Source: Scyliorhinus canicula
Taxonomy: Eukaryota
Reading direction: 5' to 3'
Assembly (NCBI RefSeq): GCF_902713615.1
Contig: NC_052147.1
Span: 196,813,764-196,877,763 of the forward strand
DNA: 64,000 bases
Shown: piece after piece, positions 12,210-24,019 of the stretch
Layout: each line of letters starts with the position of its first letter
Position numbering within the stretch: position 1 is the stretch's first letter
The notes under the pieces: generated by a model
The model's database searches: none
What the model saw: the letters and a program-made list of their open reading frames with translations, nothing else
Told to the model about the DNA's origin: nothing
Made by a program: the position numbers and the translations under genes

Positions 12210-13770
12210 TTGGACCCAGACTGAACATTGCGCCTGCTTCAGCTAAACAAAATAAGTGACAACCTGTTATAACCTGCCTGTTTACCATTGGCTGGGGACT
12301 AATGGCAATCCCACAATCCTTAGGGAGTATGAGCTCCCCAATGAGGGGGGCGGAGAAATCATTAGCAGAGTCCCTGCATAAATAAACCTGGCCAGTATGG
12401 AACCAGCTAGAAAGGAGTGAGCAGCAAGGGAGTTACTGCTGCTTTATATGTGTTATTGTAAATAAATTTTATTTCTTTCTATTCTACAACTCGTGCTGGA
12501 TTATTCGTGGCCCTCACAAAACTGGCGACGAGGGTTAAAGTGGATTGCTGTCTACGCTGTGGAAGCCACCTCCCTGGATTTTTGTTGGATAAAGGTTGGG
12601 AGTTTATTTTCTGTTACACCATGCCTCTTATGGATGTTTGGATGTCTTTGTTGCTGTGCTGGAAAGTTGGAACCAGTGCGCACAACGGATGCGTTACTAT
12701 TTCCGGGCAAACAACATCACCGAAAACGAGAGCCAGGTGGTCATTTTGCTCACCGGCTGTGGCCCACGTACATAGACGTTTGGGGTGATTGAGCTGGACA
12801 CCAAAACATTTGATGAACTTGTGACCTTAGTGTGGCAACATTTTAACCCAATCCTGTCCATGGTAGTCCAGAGTTACCAGTTTAATACCGCTGAGAGGAC
12901 CCCAGGAGATCCCTTGCTGAGTTTCTATCCAGGCTACGCAGGATTGCGGAGTACTGTAACTATGGTGAGACCTTGTCAGAAATGTTACACGACCGTTTGG
13001 TTTGCGGTATTAACAATGCAGCCACCTAGAGAAAGTTGTTAGCTGAGCCAACGTCGACTTTTCAACAGGCCATTCAAATAGTATTGTCCCGAGAGAGCGC
13101 AGAACGGGGAGTGCAGGAGCTACAGGGAACGGAGGTGCATGCCTTGGGGCGCAACCCCTTCCATCCAAAAGCATCTCCCCGCACCCCTGTGGTACCTTGG
13201 GCGGGGCAGTGTCCAGACCTACGCCAGTGGCCGCCGGACGTTCCTCCCCAAAGGGCGCCTTCTCTAGAAGTGATAGATGAGGAGCCATGCCGATGTCGGA
13301 CTGGTTGGCGCCGACCCCGTCACAGATGCCAGTCCTGGGGGCGTCATCGTTCCGACAGAAACTGGGGCCAGCCCAGGGGGCGTACCCTCCATTTGGATGA
13401 ACGTGCGGTGACTACTCCCGAGGATGCGGAACGGAGGATGACTGCCTGCATTGTGCGATAGCTCCCCATATGGTCCCCAGCTAGAGAGGATTGTGGCCCT
13501 CACAAAACAGCCATTTGTTGATTCATTCCTCAGGGCAATATTTTGACCAATAATGGCTGCTTTAAATTTCAATCAATACTTGGCAGTTATCTATTCATCA
13601 CATTCAACTGGTACATTTTCCATGGCAACACCTCGAACAATCAGAGTCCACTTGCCAGCCAATCAGCATTCTCTTTTCATACAGTATTAATGGTTGTTTC
13701 CCCTGTATACTGGTATGCTTACAAAGCATGCAATGAATACAGATGAAAGACTTCGACATGTCTCTTTATT
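12210..13770 (+). mobile_element. Penelope-like element 3' region (split by Gypsy insertion)
   Basis: ...CAGCTAAACAAAATAAGTGA|CAGCCATT...CCAATCAG...; ends in a decayed hammerhead-like GATGAAAGACTTCGAC; family call from recalled similarity only. Confidence 0.55.
12265..13507 (+). mobile_element. Gypsy LTR retrotransposon, internally deleted (5' LTR 12265-12521, PBS, gag, 3' LTR remnant 13477-13507)
   Basis: PBS TGGCGACGAG at 12523; gag pieces (KTFDELVTLVWQHFNP, LAEPTSTFQQAIQIV); LTR end GTGGCCCTCACAAAA seen twice; TSD CAACC/CAGCC. Confidence 0.9.
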
Positions 13771-14049
13771 CATTTCAGTTGAGAGAAAAAATGATAATTT
13801 TTTCAGAAGGATTTTAAGGACTAATGAGAAGACAGTGGTTTGCAGCATGATAAGTTTACACAATGAAAATAAAATATAAATCTGGATAATTATAATTTAT
13901 ATTAGAAAAAGTTGCGCAGGCAAGAAATGTACACGGACTGAAGACTCTACTAAGAAATAAATAGATGTATTTCTTTGAAAATGATTTTAAGGAGCAATGT
14001 TTTTACATAAGTGATTTATTACTAGAAATGATGCAGTTAGGCTACTTAC

Positions 14050-14180
14050 TTGCAACACTACAATTTGCACATGCTATTATAACTATATGTTCCTCCTGCC
14101 TTCTCAAACACTGTCCATAAGTACTTTCACCAAAGGTTACTGTAACACATAGAACAATTGTCAGTACTATTTCTTTGGAT
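14050..14180 (-). other. Candidate host exon (131 bp), product unidentified
   Basis: Long pyrimidine tract + TTTCCAG acceptor, GCAA|GTAAGT donor, one open frame SKEIVLTIVLCVTVTFGESTYGQCLRRQEEHIVIIACANCSVA; lies in non-repeat DNA. Confidence 0.35.
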
Positions 14181-15429
14181 CTGGAAAGTGGGGGTGGTGG
14201 AGGAGGAATGAGGAGTGAAGAGAGAAATGAAAATAGGTGTTTGAATAAGTGAGGTCCCATTACAAATATAAAACATTGCCAAAGCATGCTATTTTCTAAA
14301 AAGTTAATATGCCTGGAAAATTTTAAAAGATTGAATTATAATGACATGAATATTTCTTATAAACATAAATGTTCAATGCTTTTAGGGTCGTCTGAAAATG
14401 ATCCAGTTCTATATTCTATTCTTGGCCTGTGAAGCAGTGCTCACTGCAGTTCAGGTTTCCAGAGGTGATGCCATTGCTGCTAGTGTCTCCTAAATTTCAG
14501 TCAATTCATAACTTCAGATAAGTATTAAAATGTCAACAATGCATGAAATTGTATGCACTCCTTGAACCAAGCAGTACTTTTAAATAAAATAATGTTAATG
14601 AGACTATGGCCCACATTTTAATCACGGTGCATCATTCCTGATGGCAGAATCCAAAGTGGGTGTCACTTTGACTCTCTTGCTTTTTGCTTCTTCCCCACGC
14701 AATTCCGATGAAATTTAAAATGCAATGGTTTGCACAGGAAACACAGCCAATCATAATGTGGGGGAAGCCTTTCAGTGACGAAACCCACCATCAGCTGACC
14801 ATGAAGCAACTGCGGGCAAATTATAAAGGAGCCTCCTGGACAAACAGAGAGGCTCTTCATCGCAGGTAAAACTTTCCTGCCCAACTTTATTGCCATTAAC
14901 AGCAGAGTTTTGAGACCACAAAGGTGGCATTACTGTTTTTCAGATTTAAATTTCACCAGCAAACGTCTTGCGTTCTATTGGTTTCACTTTATTAATGTGT
15001 GAATCATCATTATTTGTTGAGACTACCTTAGTCAGAGATAAATGTACTGGTTTGCCTCATGGTTGGTACGCATTGATGGTTACAGGGGGCTTAGGGGTTT
15101 CTTTATTCTGGAAGAAACGATGTTGTGTTTTTACATTCTCTATTTATTGAATATTAATGTTAGTGTCCAGTACTTTACTCGCTACGAGGGGCATGGCTAA
15201 ACTTGCAGGCTCAACTGGTCCCCCCCGCCGCCCCTTTCTATGCAACCCTTCATTTTCTTAGCTTGACTAACTGTTTCCACTAAACCCAGGATGTCAGACC
15301 CTTCCAACATCATTACTCCATGCCCCCAACCCCACTCCTCATCCTTCCCCATCAGTAACTCATCATTGCCAGTCCCAAGTCTCCACATCGCAGCTTCCAT
15401 TCATCTGCTCTCCTTCCTTGTGCCACAGA

Positions 15430-15630
15430 GGGGCTGGTTTAGCTCACAAGGCTAAATCGCTGGCTTATAAAGCAGACCAAGCAGGCCAGCTGCACGGTTC
15501 GATTCCCGTACCAGCCTCCCCGGACAGGCGCCGGAATGTGGCGACTAGGGGCTTTTCACAGTAACTTCATTGAAGCCTACTCGTGACAATAAGCGATTTT
15601 CTTTTCATTTCATTTCATTTTTCATTTTCA
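15430..15630 (+). mobile_element. Short tRNA-derived SINE without V-core; (TTTCA)n tail
   Basis: GGGCTGGTTTAGCTCA head, GGTTCGATTCCC B box, tail GGCGACTAGGGGCTTTTCACAGTAACTTCATTG... Confidence 0.9.
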
Positions 15631-17479
15631 GAGTTCAACAAGAAAAACCATTGGCCTGAGACACAAATCTGACTGCTATTGCGCCTGACCTTTAAATGAA
15701 TGCGAATCAGGTGCCTTGAGATTCTTGTGCGCTGCTGACTTTATCATGAAGATAGGACCCAAGTACAAAATGTTTTATGATAATGAATATTCATGGAATG
15801 CAAATATAATTACAAGTGGGAAACCGCCATGGGTCAGCCTGAGGCCCAACATGACACAAAGCCACCACTGAGGTAATCTCTAGATTTGAGCCCGCCATCA
15901 GGAAAGTGAAACTTCAGCAACCACCTAACTACGTCACATCCCACTGCACCCCGCACTTGTAGGCCCCCATAAAATCCCCCCATGTAGCTATTTTTGAACC
16001 ACAAATAAAAACAAACAAAAAAAACTCTCATTCAGAATATAATGGAACAAAGTAACTACATGCTAACTTGCCCAGAAATGGAAAGCATCCAGTTCACAGC
16101 TGTGGATCTGCTTAACGTCGGTTTCTGGCAGATAGAATTACAACCTTAGTGTCTAAGATACAGCACTGCCTCAGAAATGAATACACTACCTATTGAGCTC
16201 CCTTTTCTAGGAGGTCACTGAATGTGGTATTTTATACTGTATCATCAAATACAATTATTATGTTACTTATCTTGCTCTGCTCAGCAACTGTGGACAAGCT
16301 GAGTCATCTGCAATCCATCAGTAAGAATGTCTGACCAAATGCTGATACAGCACAGCTCTCTTAGCATTCCGTTTAAAAAGAAGTGTATCCTTGAATACCA
16401 CTTCACTTAATCACCTTGTAACAAGTATTCACAGAGGGCGTTTAAAATGTTCTTAATAAATACCTATGAGGTCTCTATTTGAAGTAGCGGATTAACTGTG
16501 TGTGCATTTACTCAATTATATCACTAGCTTATGGTTTAGTCTTAAAGAATAGATACCAAAACCACCCTTCCAAACAACACCTCTCCCCACAGCCGGTCTG
16601 CACACACGGATATCCTAAAGCCAAATGCACTATGATTGATAAAAATTATTTTACACAAGAGGTAAATGAGCTATTTCAAAATTGAATAAATGTAATTCAA
16701 GCAAACATGCATAATGAGCATTTAATCCTGGGGTTAAGTGAGGAGATGACAAAGATTTTAAAATCTGAAGGAAGAAACTCTTTTTAAACATAAGTTGTTT
16801 CATCCCTTGACATGCACCGTAAAAGTCTCAACTGAAAAAGCCTGGTATGTTTTTTTTGGTTTGCACAATTTAGAAACATTTTCAAGCAGGACATTTACCC
16901 GCTAGGTCGCTAGAGCAGCTCAATATTGTGTGAGCATCTTACTAAGAATTATAAAGTATCCTAGTGTCGTAAGCAACAACAATCATCCTTTATACTGGTG
17001 TAGTCATATCCAATTGAAAAAGAAATCTTGCACATAACAAAATAGAATTTCTCCAGTACACCAGAATACTAAACATTGGGGTCATCAACATTGTAGCAAG
17101 GAACTGAAGATAAGACATTACAGCTTCCCTCTGCAATCAAATTTGCAATAGTGCTTTAACTATTACCATGTCATCAAACTTGCTATTTCAATTGGCAGTT
17201 ATTCAATGTTAATGGTTTACCTATACATGTATCAGTTCAAAAAACAATCCAGTTTAATGTGAATGCTGTCAAACAAATATTAGTTTTGCTGCAGAGTTAT
17301 ATAGAGCCAATAGCAAAGTCATTGAGATCTTTCTTCATTGCTACAATAGAAGAATTATAAAGAATAAATCAAATATTGTGATTCAGCTTATAGCTGAGGA
17401 GGAGACATACGGGAACACAGAGAGGCACAAGGACGGCAACCTCGGTCTCAACAGCTCTTACTAAATTATCATTACATGA

Positions 17480-19500
17480 GAAGGGTAACCAAACAAGGGA
17501 ATCTTCTTGTGGAGGAAGAGGACTTGCCTGAGATAGTAAATGAGTACAATGCACCTGTCCCCACTAGAGAAGACAATGTTACTAAAACTACAGTAAAAGA
17601 GGTGGGAGTATTATTAGATAAGATAAAGAGGTACTCAAAAGGTTAACAGTTCTCAAAGTAGAAATTCATCCAGTTAGATGGGATTTTTGCAGGAATGTCA
17701 GGAACAGGAAGAACTCGGCCCCTCTCGTCTGCTTAGCCATTTAACAAAATCACGGTTTAATTTCCACCTCCACTCCATTTTCCAACACTATCCTTTTTCC
17801 CTCAATTCCCTTTGTGCCCAAGAATCCATCAGTCCCTATCTTGAACACTATCAGTGACTGAGCTAGAGAATTCCAATGATTCACAGCCCTCGGAGTGAAG
17901 AAATTGTTCCACATCTCTATGATAAAAGGATCCCTTATCCTGAGGCAATGGCATCTGACTCTGGACTCCCCAGTCAGAAGAAATATTTTTTTTACCCAGT
18001 CAACCCCTCTAGGAATTATATATTAGGAATGAGATTATATCTAGGAATTAGATCACCTCTCATTCTTCTAAACACTAGAGAATATAGCTCGGCTACTAAG
18101 GGAGGAAATTATGGAGTCTCCGGCCACAATCTTCCAATTCTTCGTGGGTAGATAAGTAGTGGCAAAGCACTGGAAGATTGCAAAAGTTACAACCTTCTAT
18201 ACAAAAAAAAAGACGCATAAATCTGTCACCTACAAACCAGTGGTAGGAAACTTTGAGACAGCATAATCCAAGCCAATTAATGGGTGCAGGAATACTCCTT
18301 CACAAGTAGTAGATATATTCCGGGAAACCACTGTTTAAATTGGAACTATTTATATTGAAACAAATTTTCACATTTAAATATATGTAACAGCAGACGGTGA
18401 ATTCCCAGCCCAATACATAACAGAACCATGAAATAATTAAAACACAATGTAAATAAATCTTGAGAGTAGTGCAGGTGATGGATATATGGCCATTCAAAGA
18501 CACTTGACAAATACCACATATCTGACTTATTCTCCGTTCTCAAAATTGTACCCCATAGGATTGAAGGGACAATGGCCGCAAGAATATGAAATTGGCTAAG
18601 GGGCGGAAAGCAGAGAGCAGTCTCGAATATGATCAATGACTGAAAATCATTAGAGAATTTCCAAGATTGTCACCCTTCTGAGTGAAGAAATTGATCCTGA
18701 TCTCGGGAGCAAATGGGCAACGCCTCATCCTGAAACAAAGAAACCCAGTTTTAGGTGATTTTTTTTTTCAAACTGGACGGAAGCATACAGTGGACCCTTG
18801 CCGTCCCCTCGCCAGTCTGATGTTAATACTAGGCCTGCTCCTATAGACATGCATTGATAGTCTAGACTTGGGGAGGCAGGGCATAATTTCAAAGTTTGGA
18901 CATGACACAAAATCCAGAAGTATAGTGAACAATGAGGAGGATAGTAATAGATTTCAAGAAAAAAAGCAGAATGGTAAAATGGGTAGAAATATGTAGATGA
19001 AATTCAACACAGAGGTTTGAATCAATATATATATTACGAGGATGCGGAGTAACAATATAAACTGAATGATACAACTGTAAAAAGGGGGCAGGTAAAGAGA
19101 CCTGGGAGGTCCATATCCTGGTTTGATGCTAATGGTGGGGTAATGAATATGCTGGACTATATGTTGGAAAACAATTCAGCTGCTGATGGTGGCCCACAGC
19201 ACCTAATGGATGCCCCATTTTGAATTGCTAGATCTATTCTAAATCTATCCTATTTAGCATGACTGTGATGGTTCTCTCACCACCTGCTGGAGGCTCAGGC
19301 TGCAACTATGTTCATCAGGGAAGCAGTATTTTGACACACTGAGCTGTTGTCATCTGGAATGTACTGCCTGAAAGGATGGGAGAAGCAGATTCAATTGTTA
19401 TTTATAAATAAAAATGTATAAATGCTTCAAGGGAAAAAACTGCAGGGCTATAGGGAAAGAAGATTGGGGAGCTGAATGAGCTCAAATCTGGACAAACAAA
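17480..19500. mobile_element. Patchwork of old CR1-group fragments, both strands
   Basis: Degenerate CR1 segments (GTAAATGAGTAC..., GAGTGAAGAAATT..., AATTGGCTAAGGGGCGGAAAGCAGAGAGCAG, ATGAAATTCAACACAGAG). Confidence 0.6.
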
Positions 19501-20347
19501 GGTCTACGTGAGCTATTAATCCAACCTGCAGCTGCACAGGCAAAGTACACAATCAAGCCAGTTGGGTGAGTGATTGACAACGAATAAGTGAGCCATGTGC
19601 AACTGTTCCTGGTGCTTGGTCGATTGGTGTCGGGACTTGCAGTTAAAATAAAATGTAAATTCCATGGGGACTTCCAAGGGAATTACTTCAAGGTTAATGG
19701 AAGTACTTCCATTAAATTGGAGTTGGCCAATAATTGGAGGCTGGAGACAGGCTCTACTTGGGGAATCCAAGTTAAAGAAGGAAAGTGCACATGGAGGAGC
19801 AGTGAGAGCCGCTCAAGTGTGTATTTAAGATTACTGTACTTCTTTAATTGTATTTTGGCTCTAAGTATATACAGATATAATTTCAAAACGTCAACCTTTT
19901 TTTCCACTTGGGTTTTAATGCTGTTTTAATGCCAGCCCAGGATTTGTACCTGGGGCATTCAGATATGCATTGGCATAGTGATTTTGTTTACAAATGCAAG
20001 TCTTTATAGCACACTTGTGCTTTAAATAATCTCCTTTAATCTAAAATGGGGCAGGATGTCATGGAATGGAGAATGTGACCTCCCACAAAATCTGCCTGGA
20101 GATAAGTCCATGTAACTAGTTGTTATGGGGAGTGTGACCCATGTTAAAACGTATTGAAAGCAAGGTGCAAGTTTTAACACTCAGTCACTTAGGGAGGAGA
20201 CATCTGGCCCGTCTGCACATAGACTCTCAGAGTTGGTCAGACAGATATTTTGGGGAAGAAATTCTGTTGAAGCCAGGAGGAGCTTGGGACTTTACATACA
20301 CTACAACTGTTGAGAGTGCATTGTAGCAGCTGAGAATTCAATGTAAC

Positions 20348-20653
20348 TGTGGTGAATGTGATTCACACCGGATTATAATCTGTTTATACATGTGTCTATA
20401 TTGTAAGTGCAGTTGCACTACCTGACCACCAGGGGGAGTAGCTCTGGGAATGCTCGAGAATTGTACTGGGCTTCTCCCTTGGCTCCGCCCAGGACTCCTC
20501 CCCCTGGAGCTGCTGTATAAAGATCAGTGCCACATGGTCAGCCGGCCAGTTCACCGAAAGTTCAATGGCTAACAGGCTGGCTCTGTTGTGAGTATATTAA
20601 AACCACTATTCTAATCCTACAAGCACGTGTCCGTAGAATTGTTGGTTCCAACA
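20348..20653 (+). mobile_element. Solo LTR (Gypsy-type), 306 bp
   Basis: TGTGG...CCAACA termini, TATAAA and ATTAAA inside, perfect 5-bp TSD GTAAC. Confidence 0.92.
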
Positions 20654-20994
20654 GTAACATATCAATGTGGCGTGGAGTTTTCGAAGAAGTTAAGAGAGGT
20701 ACCATTTATGTATTTTAATGTATTTGTTGCCCAAGTAAAGTTCAGCCAGTATTGATTATTTTTTTGTTACAGTAAAGATCTTAAAACTTGAAATTTTTGT
20801 TGAATGATCTTTTGCACCAGGCACTCAGAAATGCAAATTTCTTTCCACAAGATATTGGTCTCCAAGAGGATCAAAACAACACTGAAGTGCACCTTTGCCT
20901 ACTAGAATGGTTATATATTTACAGTCTATTTTAAAACTTTGCAGTGGTGTGTATATCCTCCAAACCTTTTAGATTAAACATTTCTATGGTCACA

Positions 20995-21190
20995 TTCATA
21001 ATGGTATCAGGGATGAAGAACTTCAAGTAAGTGTGAAAATTATAAAAACTGGGGAATTCTCCTCAGAGCAGAGAGGATCATGGGTACATTTAATAGAAGT
21101 GTTCAAAATCATGAGTGTTGATCAGGTAAATAACGAGAAATTGTTTCTGATAGTAGACGGGTCAGTAACCAGAGTTACCGGATTTAACTC
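20995..21190 (+). mobile_element. CR1 3' fragment
   Basis: FSSEQR...LIEVFKIM..VD.VN.EKLF, a typical CR1 ORF2 C-terminus. Confidence 0.7.
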
Positions 21191-21759
21191 CGTAGGTAGT
21201 CATAAAAAAGACTGCAGCAGATTTGTCGACCCAGTAAGAACCAGAGCTACAATTCTGTCGGTGGGCAAGGGGTGAAAATATCCACCCATAAAATGCTGCT
21301 CCCTGCATGAATCCCAAGATGCACATGGCTGAAGGTCTCCACAAACAATTTGGTTTTACACTTTGATTATATGTTTATACACTTCCAAATATTAGAATTT
21401 GAAAAGTATCTTTCGTTCACGCCAGAGGAGCAGCTAAGGTTTAGATTTTTAGGAGCAGGACGATCAACATAATTGGAAGCTATGAGCATGTGGGTTTAGG
21501 TAAAGGTTTTCCATTTTAAGAAAACTGACAATTTGGAATGTGTTCTCTAACTGGTGTCGAACAGATTGCAGCTGTATTGGTAGCACTTCTTTCAAAATGT
21601 GCTGTGAAATTATTAAATCCCAACTCTAGAAATGAGAATTAAGGGGAGGACAAGAGCCCCGGCAGATTTGGCGACTGTCTTTGAGATGCTGTTTGGTCTC
21701 TCCACACTTTCTCTCTCCTTTCTTTCCTGTTTTGCTCTCGGTAGTTCCTGAAACATCAT

Positions 21760-22812
21760 GGGCTAAAATTTACGGACGACGGTGGGACAACGGATGGATG
21801 GGCCTATATTTCATAGAATTTACAGTGCAGAAGGAGGCCATTCGGCCCATCGAGTCTGCACCGGCTCTTGGAATGAGCACCCTACCCAAGCCCATACCTC
21901 CACCCTATCCCCATAACCTAGTAACCCCACCTAACACTAAGGGCAATTTGGACCCGGAGGGCAATTTAACCTGGCCAATTCACCTAACCTGCACATCTTT
22001 GGACTGTGGGAGGAAACCGGAGCACCCGGAGGAGACCCACGCACACACGGGGAGAACGTGCAGACTCCACGCAGACAGTGACCCAAGCCGGGATTCGAAC
22101 CTGGGACCCTGGAGCTGTGAAGCATTTGTGCTAACCACTATGCTACCATGCTGCCCTTGTTAGGGTACCATGCATTCAATGTGATGCCCACTGCTAGCCT
22201 GCCCCCAACCTGCCACAAGTTAATGGGTAGTGGGTTGACACATTGAGTAGGCCACTCAATTGAAAGTTTTAAGTGGGCAAATAATTCTCAACTCAGGGTC
22301 TTATGTCATCATCACTTTGATATAACAGGCAGCAGGGGATCCATTCCGTAACTCAGCAGGTTTAGCCCTGTGGGTTGCTGGTCAGTGAAATAGGAGGGCT
22401 TCTTTACAGATCCGCTTTACCAATTGGAAGCCCTCACCTGCCTACATCCAACCCATCCCCTCACCCCGTCCTGTCCAACATACTCCTACCCCCCTCACTG
22501 GGGCTTGCCAACCTGGCAAGATTCCAGACCTATCTGGGTTTGAAGACATTGATGGATCCTTCTTCCCCTGGACCGCCTGCAATACTAGTAGTGGCCACCA
22601 ATCCCAGTGTGATGTCGAGAGGCTGATTTCTGACCAGCAGCTATATGATGTGGGCTTCCTCCTGGAGATGGTCAGAAGTCCCACCTCATATTAATTAAAA
22701 GGCCTTCGCACAAAAATTTAAACCCGGGTGGTATAGCCAAAGAGAGTCAAGCTTGCCCCTGAATTATATGCTGGGGTATGGGGAGAGCACCTTCAATGTA
22801 TAATCCAGCCCA
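21760..22812. mobile_element. Old non-autonomous TIR element (Harbinger-like), SINE nested inside
   Basis: Imperfect TIRs GGGCTAAAATTTAC ... GTATAATCCAGCCC. Confidence 0.5.
21809..22156 (-). mobile_element. HE1/V-SINE, full length, CR1-type tail
   Basis: Same head, core and tail as 7718-8061. Confidence 0.95.
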
Positions 22813-23129
22813 TGTTGCAGATCACAGTAAAGCAGCATTCATACTGACAAGACAAAAACAAACACTTTGGATAATGAAAATCTGAACTAAAACCAGAAAA
22901 AGTACTCAGATGTCAAGCAGCTTTTCAAAAAATTCTTTCCTCAAGTGTCTTGCCAAGCCATTTCAGAGGGCAGTTAAGAGTCAACCACATTACAGTGGAT
23001 CGGAGTCATTGTAGAACATGCCATGTAAGTACAGCAGATTTCCTTCCCTAAAGGACATCAGTGAACTAGATGAGTTTTTCCAACAATCGCTGATAGTTTC
23101 ATTGTCACCATTACTGAGACTCCATACAG

Positions 23130-23468
23130 TCATAGATTTCATAGAATTTACAGTGCAGAAGGAGGCCATTCGGCCCATCGAGTCTGCACCGGCTCCTGGA
23201 AAGAGCACCCTACCCAAGGTTAACACCTCCACCCTATTCCCATAACCCAGTAACCCCACCCAACACGAAGGGCAATTTAGCATGGCCAATCCACCTAACT
23301 TGCACATCTTTGGACTGTGGGAGGAAACCGGAGCACCCGGAGGAAACCCACGCGCACACACTGGGAGGATGTGCAGACTCCACACAGACAGTGACCCAAG
23401 CCGGGAATCAAACCTTGGACCCTGGAGCTGTGAAACGATTGTGCTATCCACAATGCTACCGTGCTGCC
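23130..23468 (-). mobile_element. HE1/V-SINE, full length, CR1-type tail
   Basis: Same head, core and tail as 7718-8061. Confidence 0.95.
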
Positions 23469-23501
23469 AATGGAAAACAACCCCAGTCTATCCAACCTGT
23501 C

Positions 23502-24000
23502 ATAGGGCCAGCACAGAAAACGTTCTTTGGCACATTGCATCTGCACCAGTCAAATACAAACCACCTAAGTATTTTAATCCCATTTTCAAGCACTTAGTCC
23601 ATAGTCTTGTATGCCTTGGCATCGCAAGTGCACATCTAAATATATCTTAAACGTTATGAGGGTTTCTGCATCCACCGCCCCTTTCAGGCATTGGGTTCCA
23701 GACTCCTACCCACCCTCTGGGTGAAAGTTTTCCTCACAGCCCACCTAAATCTCCTGCTTCTTACCCCCTATCTATGCCCCTGGTCATTCATCCCTCCATC
23801 AAGGGGAAAAGTTTCTTCCTGACTACTCTATCTATGCCCATCATAATTTTATACATCTCAATCATGTTTCCCCCCCCCCCACCCCTGGTCTCCTCTGCTC
23901 CATGGAAAACAACCCCAGTCTATCCAACCTGTCTTCACAACTAAAAGTCTCCAGCCCAGGCAACATCCTGGTAAATCTCCTCTGCACCCTTTCCAGTGCT
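23502..24000 (-). mobile_element. CR1 3' fragment
   Basis: rc of CR1 ORF2 end and 3'UTR (AATCTCCTCTGCACCCT, CCACCCTCTGGGTGAAA). Confidence 0.8.
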
Positions 24001-24019
24001 ATTAACTGAACTTACATTC

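Noticed and set aside
14386-14463. + strand signal-peptide-like MIQFYILFLACEAVLTAVQVSR
   Set aside because: Weak donor (GTGATG), no partner exons; compatible with chance.
15430-15510. tRNA-like sequence with A/B boxes (also at other SINE heads)
   Set aside because: Continues into SINE body and tail; not a stand-alone tRNA gene.
20121-20878. Older LTR-like element (TGTTATG...AAAACA) around the 20348 solo LTR
   Set aside because: No matching TSD, so boundaries cannot be supported.
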